From: Dendrobates tinctorius | Taxonomy: Eukaryota | Direction: 5' to 3' | DNA: 64,000 nucleotides | Assembly: GCF_039654945.1 (NCBI RefSeq) | Contig: NW_027361682.1 | Span: 16,430,001-16,494,000 of the forward strand | In this document: one piece after another, positions 35,401 through 49,299 of the stretch | Layout: the number at the start of each line of letters is the position of its first letter | Numbering within the stretch: the first letter of the stretch is position 1 | Notes under the pieces: generated by a model | Database searches by the model: none | What the model saw: the letters and a program-made list of their open reading frames with translations, nothing else | What the model was told of the DNA's origin: nothing | Position numbers and translations under genes: made by a program

Positions 35401-38400
35401 GCCCCCAGAACACTGTCGGCCGCAGACGGTGCCCCCAGAACACTATCGGCCGCTGACTGTGCCCCCAGAACATTGTCAGCCGCAGATGGTGCCCCCAGAC
35501 CAGTGCGGGCTGTAGCCGATGCCCCACAGAACACTGCCGGCCGCAGACTGTGACCCAGAACACTGCCGGTCGCAGACGATGCCCCCAGAACGCTGTCGGC
35601 CGCAGACTGTGCCCCTAGAACGCTGTCGGCCACAGACGGTACCCCCAGAATGCTGTCGGCCGCAGACGGTGCCCCCAGAACGCTGTCGGCCGCAGACAGT
35701 GCCCCCAGAACTCTGCCGGCCGCAGACGGTGCCCCCTGAATGCTGCCGGCCGCAGACGGTGCCCCCAGAATGCTGCAGGCCGCAGACGGTGCCCCCAGAA
35801 TGCTGCCGGCCGCAGACGGTGCCCCCAGAAAGCTGCCGGCCGCAGACGGTGCCCCCAGAACGCTGCCGGCCGCAGACGGTGCCCCCAGAACGCTGCCGGC
35901 CGCAGACGGTGCCCCCAGAACACTGCCGTCCGCAGACGGTGCCCCTAGACTTATGCGGGCCGCAGACGGTGCCCCCAGAACACTGCCGTCCGCAGACGGT
36001 GCCCCCAGAACACTGTCGGCCACAGACTGTGACCCAGAACACTGCCGGCCACAGACGATGCCCCCAGAACACTGCTGGCGCCCAGATGGTGCCTCTAATA
36101 CACTGCCTATCTCAGACGAAGCTCCCAGAACACTGCCGGCCACAGACGATGCCGCCAGATCACTGCTGGCCGCAGATGGTGCTCCCAGAACACCGTTGGC
36201 TGCACACGGTGCCCCCAGAACACTGCCAGACGCAGACGATGCCGCCAGAACACTGTCGGCCACAGATGGTGCTCCCAGAACACTGTTGGCTGCACACGGT
36301 GCCCCCAGAACACTGCCAGACGCAGACGGTGCCCCCAATACTCTGCCAGACGCAGACGGTGCTCCCAAAACACTGCCGGACGCAAAAGGTGCCCCCCAGA
36401 AAAGTTCTTGCTGCAGACGGTGTCCCCAGAACACTGCCGGCAGCAGAGGGTGCCCCCAGAACACTGTCGGCCGTAGACAGTGCCCCCAGAATACTGCCGG
36501 CCGCAGATGGTGCTCCCAGAACACTGTTAGCTGCACACGGTGCCCCCAGAACACTGCCGGACGCAGACGGTGCCCCCAAAACATTGCCGAACGCAAAAGG
36601 TGCCCCCCAGAAAAGTTCTTGCTGCAGACGGTGTCCCCAGAACACTGCCGGCAGCAGAGGGTGCCCCCAGAACACTGCCGTAGACGGTGCCCCCAGAACG
36701 CTGTCGGCCGCAGACGGTGCCCCCAGAACGCTGTCGGCCGCAGACGGTGCCCCCAGAACACTGTCGGCCGCAGAGGGTGCCCCCAGAACACTGTCGGCCG
36801 CAGACGGTGCCCCCAGAACACTGCCGGCCACAGATGGTGCTCCCAGAACACTGTTGGCTGCACACGGTGCCCCCAGAACACTGCCGGACGCAGACGGTGC
36901 CCTCAATACTCTGCTGGACGCAGACGGTGCCCCCAAAACACTGCCGGACGCAAAAGGTGCCCCCCAGAAAAGTTCTTGCTGCAGACGGTGTCCCCAGAAC
37001 ACTGCCGGCAGCAGAGGGTGCCCCCAGAACACTGTCTGCCGTAGACGGTGCCCCCAAAACACTGTCGGCGGCAGACGTTGCCCCCAGAACATTGTCGGCC
37101 GCAGAGGGTGCCCCCAGAACATTGTCGGCCGCAGAGGGTGCCCCCAGAACAGTGCCGGCCGCAGACGGTGCCCCCAGTACAGTGCCGGCCGCAGACGGAG
37201 CCCTGCAGACGGTGCCCCCAGAAAACTGTCGGCCGAAGGCGGTGCCCCCAGAAAGCTGCCGGCCGCAGACGATGCCTCAGAACGCTCCCGGCCGCAGACA
37301 GTGCCCCAGAACACTGCCGGCCGCAGGCGGTGCCCCCAGAACACTGCTGGCCGCAGATGGTGTCTCCAGTACACTGCCTATCTCAGATGGTGTCCCCAGA
37401 AAGCTGCTGGCCGCAAACGATGCCCCCATAACAGTGCCCACCGCAGACGGTGCCCCCAGAACACTGCTGGCCGCAGACGGTGCCCCCAGAACAGTGCCGG
37501 CCGCAGAAGGTGCCCCCAGAAAAGTGCCGGCTGCAGACGGTGCCCCCAGAGCACTGCCGGCCGTAGAGGGTGCCCCCAGACCACTGTCGGCCGCAGACGG
37601 TGCCCCCAGACCACTGTCGGCCGCAGACGGTGCCCCCAGACCACTGCCGGACGCAGACTGTGCCCCCAGACCACTGCCGGCCGCAGGCGGTGCCCCCAGA
37701 ACATTGTCAGCTGCAGACGGTGCCCCCAGGCCAGTGCGGGCCGTAGCCGATGCCCCCAGAACACTGCCGGCCACAGACTGTGACCCAGAACACTGCCGGT
37801 TGCAGACGGTGCCCCCAGAACGCTGTTGGCCGCAGACGGTGCCCCCAGAATGCTGTCGGCCGCAGACGGTGCCCCCAGAATGCTGTCGGCCGCAGACGGT
37901 GCCCCCAGAATGCTGTCGGCCGCAGACGGTGCCCCCAGAATGCTGTCGGCCGCAGACGGTGCCCCCAGAATGCTGTCGGCCGCAGACGGTGCCCCCAGAA
38001 TGCTGTCGGCCGCAGACGGTGCCCCCAGAATGCTGTCGGCCGCAGACGGTGCCCCCAGAATGCTGTCGGCCGCAGACGGTGCCCCCAGAATGCTGTCGGC
38101 CGCAGACGGTGCCCCCAGAATGCTGCCGGCCGCAGACGGTGCCCCCAGAACGCTGCCGGCCGCAGACGATGCCCCCAGAACACTGCTGGCTGCAGATGGT
38201 GCCTCCAATACACTGCCTATCTCAGATGGTGTCCCCAGAACACTGCTGGCTGTAGACGATGCCCCCAGAACGCTGCCGGCCGCAGACGATGGCGCCAGAA
38301 CACTGCTGGCCGCAGACGGTGCCCCCAATACACTGCCGGACGCAGCGGTGCCCCCAAAACACTGCCGGATGCAAAAGGTGCCCCCCAGAAAAGTGCTTGC

Positions 38401-40493
38401 TGCAGACGGTGCCCCCAGAACACTGTCGGCTGCAGACGGTGCCCCCAGAACACTGTCGGCCGCAGACGGTGCCCCCAGAACACTGTCGGCCGCAGACGGT
38501 GCCCCCAGAACACTATCGGCCGCTGACTGTGCCCCCAGAACATTGTCAGCCGCAGATGGTGCCCCCAGACCAGTGCGGGCTGTAGCCGATGCCCCACAGA
38601 ACACTGCCGGCCGCAGACTGTGACCCAGAACACTGCCGGTCGCAGACGATGCCCCCAGAACGCTGTCGGCCGCAGACTGTGCCCCTAGAACGCTGTCGGC
38701 CACAGACGGTACCCCCAGAATGCTGTCGGCCGCAGACGGTGCCCCCAGAACGCTGTCGGCCGCAGACAGTGCCCCCAGAACTCTGCTGGCCGCAGACGGT
38801 GCCCCCTGAATGCTGCCGGCCGCAGACGGTGCCCCCAGAATGCTGCCGGCCGCAGACGGTGCCCCCAGAACGCTGCCGGCCGCAGACGGTGCCCCCAGAA
38901 CGCTGCCGGCCGCAGACGGTGCCCCCAGAACACTGCCGGCCGCAGACGGTGCCCCCAGAACACTGCCGGCCGCAGACGGTGCCCCCAGAACACTGCCGGC
39001 CGCAGATGGTGCCTCCAATACACTGCCTATCTCAGATGGTGTCCCCAGAACACTGCCGGCTGCAGACGGTGCCCCCAGAATGCTGCCGGCTGCAGACGGT
39101 GCCCCCAGAATGCTGCCGGCTGCAGACGGTGCCCCCAGAACGCTGCCGGCCGCAGACGGTGGCCCCAGAACACTGCTGGCCGCAGATGGTGCCTCCAATA
39201 CACTGCCTATCTCAGATGGTGTCCCCAGAACGCTGCCGGCCGCAGACGATGGCGCCAGAACACTGCCGACCGCAGACGGTGCCCCCAATACACTGCCGGA
39301 CGCAGCAGTGCCCCCAAAACACTGCCGGACGCAAAAGGTGCCCCCCAGAAAAGTGCTTGCTGCAGACGGTGACCCTAGAACACTGCCGGCAGCAGAGGGT
39401 GCCCCCAGAAAAGTACCCCCAGAACACTGCTGGCCGCAGACTGTGCCCCCAGAATACTGCTGGCCGCAGATGGTGCCTCCAATACACTGCGTATCTCAGA
39501 TGGTGTCACCAGAACACTGCCGGCCGCAGACGATGCCGCCAGAACACTGCCGGCCGCAGATGGTGCCCCCGAAACACTGCCTGACGCAAAAAGTGCCCCC
39601 CTGAAAAGTGCTTGCTGCAGACGGTGTCCCCAGAACATGGTCAGCCGTAGACGGTGCCCCCAGAACACTGTCGGCCATAGACGGTGCCCCCAGAACACTG
39701 TCGGCCATAGACGGTGCCCCCAGAACGCTGCCGGCCGCAGACAGTGCCCCCAGTACACTGCCGGCCGCAGACAGTGCCCCCAGAACGCTGCCGGCCGCAG
39801 ATGGTGCCCCCAGAACCCTGCCGGCCGCAGCCTGTGCCCCCAGAACGCTGTCGGCCGCAGACGGTGCCCCCAGAACGCTGTCGGCCACAGACGGTGCCCC
39901 CAGAACGCGGTCGGCCACAGACGGTGCCCCCAAAACACTGCCCGACGCAAAAAGTGCTCCCCAGAAAAGTGCTTGCTGCAGACGGTGTCCCCAGAACATG
40001 GTCGGCCGTAGACGGTGCCCCCAGAACACTGTCGGCCATAGACGGTTCCCCCAGAACAGTGCCGGCCGCAGACGGTGCCCCCAGAACAGTTCCGGCCGAA
40101 GACTGGCCCCCAGTACAGTTCTTGCTGCAGATTGTTCCCCCAGTACAGTGCTTGCTGCAGACTGTGCCCCCAATACAATGCTTGCCGTAGATTGTGCCCC
40201 CAGTACAGCGCTTGCCGCATACTGTGCCCCAAGTAAAGTGCTTGCTGCAGACTGTGCTTCCAATGCAGTGCTTGCTGCAGAGTGTGCCCCGAGTACATTG
40301 CTTGCTGCAGAGTGTGCCCCCAGTACAGTGCTTGCCGCAAATTGTTCCCCCAGTACAGTGCTTGCCGCAGACTGTGCCCCCAATACAATGCTTGCCGCAG
40401 ATTCTGCCCCCAGTACAATGCTTGCCACAGACTGTGCCCCCAAAACAGTACTTTCCGTAGATTGTGCTCCAAGTACAGTGCCGGCTGCAGACA
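32471..40493. repeat. 8-kb GC-rich 30-bp minisatellite (gcagacggtgcccccagaacactgccggcc)
   Basis: Roughly 265 units filling OGFOD3 intron 1, with an internal ~3.04-3.07 kb higher-order duplication. Confidence 0.97.
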
Positions 40494-40521
40494 GTAAATT
40501 ATTCTATATTTTTTCTTGCAG

Positions 40522-40736
40522 CTTCAAGAGAAGCCGGGTGCCAGGACGGTCATGGCGGAGTCCTCTGTTGTTGGGGGTCCTCACTGTGCTTATGACGGTC
40601 CTTGGTATTTTCCTTCTTTGTGGTTACCCCGGTGGGGAGATGATGGAAGTCCTGGCTGCTCAGCACGAGACCCTGCAACACAAGTTCTTGCCGGTGCCAT
40701 GCTCCCAGGATTATGGGAGCCACAAGCAGTTCACAG
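40522..40736 (+). CDS. OGFOD3: OGFOD3 exon 2 (TM anchor, VPCSQDY)
   Basis: ...LLLGVLTVLMTVLGIFLLC...EVLA...FLPVPCSQDYGSHKQFT; compare human FIEVPCSEDYDSHRRFE. 215 nt. Confidence 0.93.
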
Positions 40737-40864
40737 GTAACGTCTGATGCATGCCGAGCTGCGGTCACGGGAACTCTCAGCATTTTGCTGCATGCGTTCT
40801 CTGCCGTAGGGCATTGTGGGAGATGCAGTGCTCTGCACAGCACTTTTAGGTCGCTAACGCTACA

Positions 40865-41810
40865 TGTCAGGTGTCAGAAAATGCAGTGCATCGCAGCTAT
40901 GATAGAAAGTTGTCAAATCACTTAGAGCATTGCCGCTATGAAAGAAATGTGCCAGGACACAAATAGCATCTCAGCTATGATAGAAAGGTGTCAGGATACA
41001 CAGAGCATCTCAGCTATGATAGAAAGGTGTCAGGATACACAGAGCATCTGAGCTATGATAGAAAGGTGTCAGGATACACAGAGCATCTGAGCTATGATAG
41101 AAAGGTGTCAGGATACACAGAGCATCTCAGCTATGATAGAAAGGTGTCAGGATACACAGAGCATCTCAGCTATCATAGAAAGGTGTCAGGATACACAGAG
41201 CATCTCAGCTATGATAGAAAGGTGTCAGGATACACAGAGCATCTCAGCTATCATAGAAAGGTGTCAGGATACACAGAGCATCTCAGCTATGATAGAAAGG
41301 TGTCAGGATACACAGAGCATCTCAGCTATGATAGAAAGGTGTCAGGATACACAGAGCATCTCAGCTATCATAGAAAGGTGTCAGGATACACAGAGCATCT
41401 CAGCTATCATAGAAAGGTGTCAGGATATACAGAGCATCTCAGATATAGAAAGGTGTCAGGATACACAGAGCATCTCAGCTATCATAGAAAGGTGTTAGGA
41501 TACACAGAGCATCTCAGCTATGATAGAAAGGTGTCAGGATACACAGAGCATCTCAGCTATGATAGAAAGGTGTCAGGATACATAGAGCATCTCAGCTATG
41601 ATAGGTGTGAGGATACACAGAGCATCTCAGCTATGATAGAAAGGTGTCAGGACACACAGAGCATCGCAGCTATGATGGAAAGGTCAGAACATGCAGATAT
41701 CACAGCAATGATAGAAAGGTGTCCAGACATGCAGAGCATCGCAGCTATGATAGAAAGGTGTCAGGACACAGAGCATTACAGCTACGATAGAAAGGTGCCA
41801 GATTACACAG
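40865..41810. repeat. 39-bp minisatellite (gagcatctcagctatgatagaaaggtgtcaggatacaca)
   Basis: Tandem array. Confidence 0.95.
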
Positions 41811-42769
41811 AGTGTTTTGCTCATTATTCGGGTGACCCGCAGCCTCGTATACACTTCTTAAGGACGCTAGTTGACAATAATCTTTCGGTGTGAATGCAGC
41901 TACAGTCAGGAATTGGAGCGGCACAGTCATCGGTGTGTACAACTCCTGGGGGGCATCTTAATGAGCAGTGAAGATGAGAGGCAGATGTGGGGGAGGAACC
42001 CCCGGATCACTGCGCCCAGCACATTATAACGTGTTTATCCGGCTGGGACCCTACAAGGTGTCCTCCTTCCCTCATGCTGCGCAGGTGACAGATGCTGCGC
42101 TGAATGCTATGCACCCCTGTGGCCTGTGATGATCGTCACACATTGGGGAGTTCACAGGAAATTAGGTACCCTCCACCGTGATATCTGCAGTGTATGTGGT
42201 TGGCACTGTGCCCCTGCCAATCTGAATAACCCGATGCAGTCACATCCCCCATCATCCTCATACAACTAATTCCTTAGTAAATACGAGATCTTGAGACTTT
42301 TCTCTCCAACTTATAAATCAGTTCTTCATTTTTTGGTAAGCTGGCAGCCAGACCCAAGCATCCCGTACTCCTCACTTCGCCCTGGCCTCCATACACCTAT
42401 CAGCCATAACAGTAAGCCACCTGCCTAATATTGTGTGGGGGCCAGTCATGCCATCAGAACAACCCTGGTTTGCTGCATGTCACATCCATATGGCGAGGAC
42501 TTGAGGTTTCCAGCAGAGCATTGCCCCATCACTCAGCCTCAGCTGCTTGTCTTCTCTGGTGCCATCTCCTCCCCAGTAAGTGACGTGCTTGACTCTCCAC
42601 ATTAGAGATGACTGTATCGATTAGCGAGACTCTGGTTCAGTGTCCACACCTGTGGTACCCGGCAATTAGGAGAATCTCTAACCTTCCAGCGTCCCCGGTG
42701 CGCCATTTTATTTTTTGAGCTGGTGCATCTTCTTCAATTGCTCCATAGTCTATTTGTAATGATCATGTG

Positions 42770-45700
42770 TCCACACAAGACCTCCTGCATAACGGGAACA
42801 CCCCACAAGACCTACTGCATAACGGGAACACCCCACAGGATCTACTGCATAACGGGAACACTCCACAAGACCTACTGCATAACGGGAACACCCCACAAGA
42901 CCTACTGCATAACGGGAACACCCCACATGATCTGCATAAAGGGAACACCCCACAAGACCTACTGCATAACGGGAACACCCCACAAGACCTAGTGTATAAT
43001 GGGAACACCCCACAAGACCTATTGTATAACGGGAACACTCCACAAGACCTACTGCATAATGGGAACATCACACAAGACCTATTGTATAACGGGAACATCC
43101 CACAAGATCTACTGCATAACGGGAACACCCCATAAGACCTACTGCATAACGGGAACACCCCACAAGATCTGCATAAAGGGAACACCCCACAAGACCTAGT
43201 GTATAATGGGAACACCCCACAAGACCTATTGTATAACGGGAACACTCCACAAGACCTACTGTATAACGGGAACATCCCACAAGATCTACTGCATAACGGG
43301 AACACCCCATAAGACCTACTGCATAACGGGAACACCCCACAAGATCTGCATAAATGGAACACCCCACAAGACCTACTGTATAACGGGAACACCCAACAAG
43401 ACCTAGTGCATAACGGGAACACTCCACAAGACCTATTGCATAACGGGAACACCCCACAAGACCTATTGTATAATGGGAACACTCCACAAGACCTACTGCA
43501 TAATGGGAACATCCCACAAGACCTACTGTATAACGGGAACATCCCACAAGATCTACTGCATAACGGGAACACTCCACAAGACCTACTGCATAATGGGAAC
43601 ATCCCACAAGACCTACTGCATAATGGGAACACCCCACAAGATCTACTGCATAACGGGAACACCCCACAAGATTTACTGCATAACGGGAACACCCCACAAG
43701 ACCTACTGCATAACGGGAACACCCCACAAGACCTACTGCATAACGGGAACACCCCACAAGACCTACTGCATAACGGGAACACCCCACAAGACCTACTGCA
43801 TAACGGGAACACACCACAAGACCTAGTGTATAACGGGAACACCCCACAAGACCTACTGCATAACGGGAACACCCCACAAGACCTACTGCATAACGGGAAC
43901 ACACCACAAGACCTAGTGTATAACGGGAACACTCCACAAGACCTATTGTATAACGGGAACACTCCACAAGACCTACTGTATAACGGGAACATCCCACAAG
44001 ATCTACTGCATAACGGGAACACCCCACAAGACCTACTACATAATGGGAACACTCCACAAGACCTAGTGTATAACAGGAACACCCCACAAGACCTAGCGCA
44101 TAACAGGAACACCCCACAAGACCTATCGTATAACAGGAACACCCCACAAGACCTGCTATATACAGTGAACACCCCACAAGACCTACTGCATAACGGGAAC
44201 ACCCCACAAGACCTGCCGTATACCGGGAACACCCCACAAGACCTGCCGTATATAGTGGTCACCCCACAAGACCTACTGCATACGGGAACACCCCTCAAAA
44301 GACCTGCCATATACAGTGAACACTCCACAAGACTTGCCATATACGGGAGCAACCCACAAGACCTGCCGTATACGGGAATACCCCATAAGACCTGCCATAT
44401 ACAGGAACACCCCACAAGACCTGCCATATGCAGAGAAAACCCCACAAGACCTGCCATATACATTGAACACCCTCAAGACCTGCCGTATATGGGAACACCC
44501 CACAAGACCTGCCATATACAGTGATCACCCCACAAGACCTGATGTATACAGTGTGCACCCCACAAGACCTGCAGTGTGTGGGAACACCCCACAAGACCTC
44601 CCTGTATACAGGAACACCCCACAAGACCTGCCGTATACAGGAACACCCCACAAGACCTGCCGTATACGGGGACATCCCACAAGACCTGCCGTATACGGGA
44701 ACATCCCACAAGACCTGCAGTATGTGGGAACACCCCACAAGACCTGCAGTATGTGGGAACACCCCACAAGACCTGCCGTATACGGGAACATCCCACAAGA
44801 CCTGCCGTATACGGGAACATCCCACAAGACCTGCCGTATACGGGAACATCCCACAAGACCTGCCGTATACGGGTACATCCCACAAGACCTGCCGTATATG
44901 GGAACACCCCACAAGACCTGCCATATACGAGAACACCTCACAAGACCCTCCGCATACCGTGAACACCCCATAAAACCTGCCGTATACGGGAACACCCCAC
45001 AAGACCTATTGTATAATGGGAACACCCCACAAGACCTACTGCATAATGGGAACATCCCACAAGACCTACTGTATAACGGGAACATCCCACAAGATCTACT
45101 GCATAACGGGAACACTCCACAAGACCTACTGCATAATGGGAACATCCCACAAGACCTACTGCATAATGGGAACATCCCACAAGACCTACTGCATAATGGG
45201 AACACCTCACAAGATGTACTGCATAACGGGAACACCCCACAAGATTTACTGCATAACGGGAACACCCCACAAGACCTACTGCATAACGGGAACACACCAC
45301 AAGACCTAGTGTATAACGGGAACACCCCACAAGACCTATTGTATAACGGGAACACTCCACAAGACCTGCTGCATAATGGAAACATCCCACAAGACCTACT
45401 GTATAACGGGAACATCCCACAAGATCTACTGCATAACGGGAACACCCCACAAGACCTACTACATAATGGGAACACTCCACAAGACCTAGTGTATAACAGG
45501 AACACCCCACAAGACCTAGCGCATAACAGGAACACCCCACAAGACCTACTGTATACCGGGAACACCCCACAAGACCTGCTATATACAGTGAACACCCCAC
45601 AAGACCTGCTGCATACGGGAACACCCCACAAGACCTACTGCATAACGGGAACATCCCACAAGACCTGCCGTATACCGGGAACACCCCACAAGACCTGCCG

Positions 45701-46803
45701 TATATAGTGGTCACCCCACCAGACCTACTGCATACGGGAACACCCCACAAGACCAGCCGTAGACCGGAACCCCTCAAAAGACCTGCCATATACAGTGAAC
45801 ACTCCACAAGACTTGCCATATACGGGAGCAACCCACAAGACCTGCCGTATACGGGAATACCCCATAAGACCTGCCATATACAGGAACACCCCACAAGACC
45901 TGCCATATGTAGAGAAAACCCCACAAGACCTGCCATATACATTGAACACCCTCAAGACCTTCCGTATATGGGAACACCCCACAAGACCTGCCATATACAG
46001 TGAACACCCCACAAGACCTGATGTATACAGTGTGCACCCCACAAGACCTGCAGTATGTGGGAACACCCCACAAGACCTGCTGTATACAGGAACACCCCAC
46101 AAGACCTGCCGTATACGGGAACATCCCACAAGACTTGCCGTATACGGGAACATCCCACAAGACCTGCAGTATGTGGGAACACCCCACAAGACCTGCAGTA
46201 TGTGGGAACACCCCACAAGACCTGCAGTATGTGGGAACACCCCACAAGACCTGCAGTATGTAGGAACACCCCACAAGACCTGCTGTATACGGGAACATCC
46301 CACAAGACCTGCCGTATACGGGAACATCCCACAAGACCTGCCGTATACGGGAACATCCCACAAGACCTGCCGTATACGGGTACATCCCACATGACCTGCC
46401 GTATATGGGAACACCCCACAAGACCTGCCGTATACGAGAACACCTCACAAGACCTGCCGTATACGGGAACATCCCACAAGACCTGCCGTATACGGGAACA
46501 TCCCACAAGACCTGCCGTATACGGGTACATCCCACAAGACCTGCCGTATATGGGAACACCCCACAAGACCTGCCGTATACGAGAACACCTCACAAGACCT
46601 GCCGTATACGAGAACACCTCACAAGACCTGCCGTATACGGGAACATCCCACAAGACCTGCCGTATACGGGTACATCCCACAAGACCTGCCGTATATGGGA
46701 ACACCCCACAAGACCTGCCATATACGAGAACACCTCACAAGACCCTCCGCATACTGTGAACACCCCATAAAACCTGCCGTATACGGGAACACCCCACAAG
46801 ACC
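42770..46803. repeat. 29/30-bp minisatellite (ccccacaagacctactgcataacgggaaca / ...ctgccgtatacgggaaca)
   Basis: Two unit subtypes in alternating blocks, with a ~1.48-kb higher-order duplication (44291 vs 45770). Confidence 0.95.
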
Positions 46804-47589
46804 TTGTTAGTCATTTTTTTCTTTACATTTGCCCATTTTTCCTTCTTCCAACACATGAACTATGAGAACTGACTGCTCACTTGCCCCTGATCCGTCTCAC
46901 CCTCGGCAGCCGCCATTGTCCCCAGATGATCCGTTCTATTCCCCTCACCTGTCAGTGGTATTAATGTTCTGGCGGATGGGTGTATGCACCACTATGTGAG
47001 CAGAGGATGGGCGATTAGGCTGGACTTGGGGTTGTGTGGGTGACTACCCCGGCAGATCTCTATTCGTGGTCTCCCAGCTTTCCCCGTGGTTGATTTGATA
47101 TGGCTTTTGGAGAAGTTGAGTGTGTGATGTTTGGTGGTCACTTTCCCACTAATAGATATTGGTTTTTGGATTTTCCATGGAGGCCCCCTTTAATGTCCAC
47201 CCTTCATTTTCTGCAGCTTATGATGTGTTCCCCCCGTGCCTGTTTTTCTCTTTCATGACGCCGACGTCCACCTTTCTTTACAGTCGCTTCCCCTGCTGTT
47301 GATATCCCAGATGAAAGCCGCAGCGTAAGCTTTGCTGGGAATAGACGGGAAGGATCTTCTGATCTGTGACATTTCTATTCTGCGCGTTCGCTGTGTTGAT
47401 CCCCCTCAGGCTGTTCTTTATTGAAGCATAGGATTTCAGCTCTGGAGGGAATCAATGACTGTGTGCACACTGCAGCTTGCATCATCCTTTTATCACTGGC
47501 AGGAGGACTCAATGATGTCCTTTCCTTAGGATGGGAGATCAGTGGGGGTCCGATCTCCGATATACCTACAGATCAGACTGTTAAAGGAA

Positions 47590-48265
47590 CAGTGTCTAAA
47601 AGCAGCACAGATGATTTCAGGAGAGGAATGTGCTGAACTTGCAGCTGTTCAGGGTCTAGAAGCAGCACAGAGTGTTTCAGGAGATGATTTTGCCAAGCGG
47701 AAAGTGACATAGTAGGGCGAGATTGGCGTAAAAGCAGCACAGAGTATTTCAGAAGTGTGCCAGACTGAGAACTGCACATTGGATGTAGAAGGGTCATCAG
47801 CAGCACAGAATATTTAAGAAGAGGGTTGTGCTAATCTTGTGGATTTTCACAACCTGGGGTTTACATGATGGGACGAATTGGGCTCCCCAGCAGCACAGAG
47901 TATTTCAGCAGAAGAGTGTACTGAGCTTGAGGGGGTTTATAAACTGGGAGTAGTGGTAGGAGCAGGGTCTGATAGCAGTACAGAGGATTTCAGTAGAGGA
48001 GTGTGCTGAACTTGCAGCTGTTCAGGGACTAGAAGCAGCACAGAGCATTTCAGTAGAGGAGTGTGACAGCCTGATAGTTACTTAGTGGACAGAGTTGGGT
48101 TTGTTGACAGCACAGAGTATTTCAGAAGAGTGATAACCTTGAGGCAGGTTATCATCGAAGAGTTACAAGACAAAAGGATCATGGTCACTCAGCAGCACAG
48201 AGGACTCCGAAGCGAAGTGTGCAAAGAGCAGTGTCTCTCAGCAGCACAGAGTATTTTCAGATTAT
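47590..48265. repeat. Degenerate tandem repeat (agcagcacagagtatttcag core)
   Basis: The core recurs about 9 times at roughly 65-85 bp spacing. Confidence 0.7.
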
Positions 48266-49299
48266 GCTGATGATATGGAGGGTCACAGACTAAAAGTTAC
48301 CTGGTAGAAAAAGGAGAAGACCGGAGTAGCTGAAGCTGCTCCCCACATAGGGGGCGAGTTACCCCACTTACTTGGTGCTTGATATCTGCATGGCCATACA
48401 CACTTGCTCCACTAGGGGGAGCTGGGGCCTCAGCAGTGCAGGCACACTGAGCAGCGCAGACCTCATTATTGATCAGGTGTCAGCTCTTGGGGTCTCAGTG
48501 GAGCTGCTTGTCCCGGCCGCCGCCACTATTCATCCTCCGCAGTGATTCAATGCAGAACAGGAGACAAACATTTTGTTCTGGGAGGGAAATACCTCTGTGC
48601 TAAAACTTCACACCTTCAGATATGACGGCGCCAATTTACAGGAAGGGCGATAGCAAACATCTGAGGCTCAATGCTGCATTCACTGCTCTACTTAATATTC
48701 CACACGTCACCGAGGCGAAGGGGGAGCTAAAATGGAGAAAAGCCATCATTATGGTTATATCTGAGAACATTCAGCTTCAGAGACCATAGATTTGTGGAGA
48801 AACGCAGCATCACATGTGCACAATGACTGCACCAGCAGAATAGTGAGTGCAGCTCTGGAGTAAAAAACAGGATGTAACTCAGGATCAGTACAGGATAAGT
48901 AATGTAATGTATGTACACAGTGACTGCACCAGCAGAATAGTGAGTGCAGCTCTGGGGTATAATACAGGATGTAACTCAGGATCAGTACAGGATAAGTAAT
49001 GTAATGTATGTACACAGTGACTGCACCAGCAGAATAGTGAGTGCAGCTCTGGGGTATAATACAGGATGTAACTCAGGGTCAGTACAGGATAAGTAATGTA
49101 ATGTATGTACACAGTGACTGCACCAGCAGAATTGTGAGTGCAGCTCTGGAGTATAATACAGGATGTAACTCAGGATCAGTATAGGATAAGTATTGTAATG
49201 TATGTACACAGTGACTCCACCAGCAGAATAGTGAGTGCAGCTCTGGAGTATAATACAGGATGTAACTCAGGATCAGTACAGGATAAGTAATGTAATGTA

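Noticed and set aside
32399-40472. Many long ORFs on both strands (ADGAPRTLPA, PPEHCRPQTV, mucin-like)
   Set aside because: Translations of a stop-poor 30-bp minisatellite. They are open in several frames at once, change frame at 1-bp indels, and lie in OGFOD3 intron 1.
39608-40747. 379-aa ORF fusing repeats to OGFOD3 exon 2
   Set aside because: It has a non-ATG start, and a canonical polypyrimidine-CAG acceptor at 40521 fits exon 1 in phase. The read-through frame is most likely chance.
42723-46856. Repeat ORFs (NGNTPQDLLH, superficially ankyrin-like) and a CRISPR-like appearance
   Set aside because: A 10-aa periodicity from a 30-bp tandem unit; no unique spacers, no cas genes, vertebrate context.
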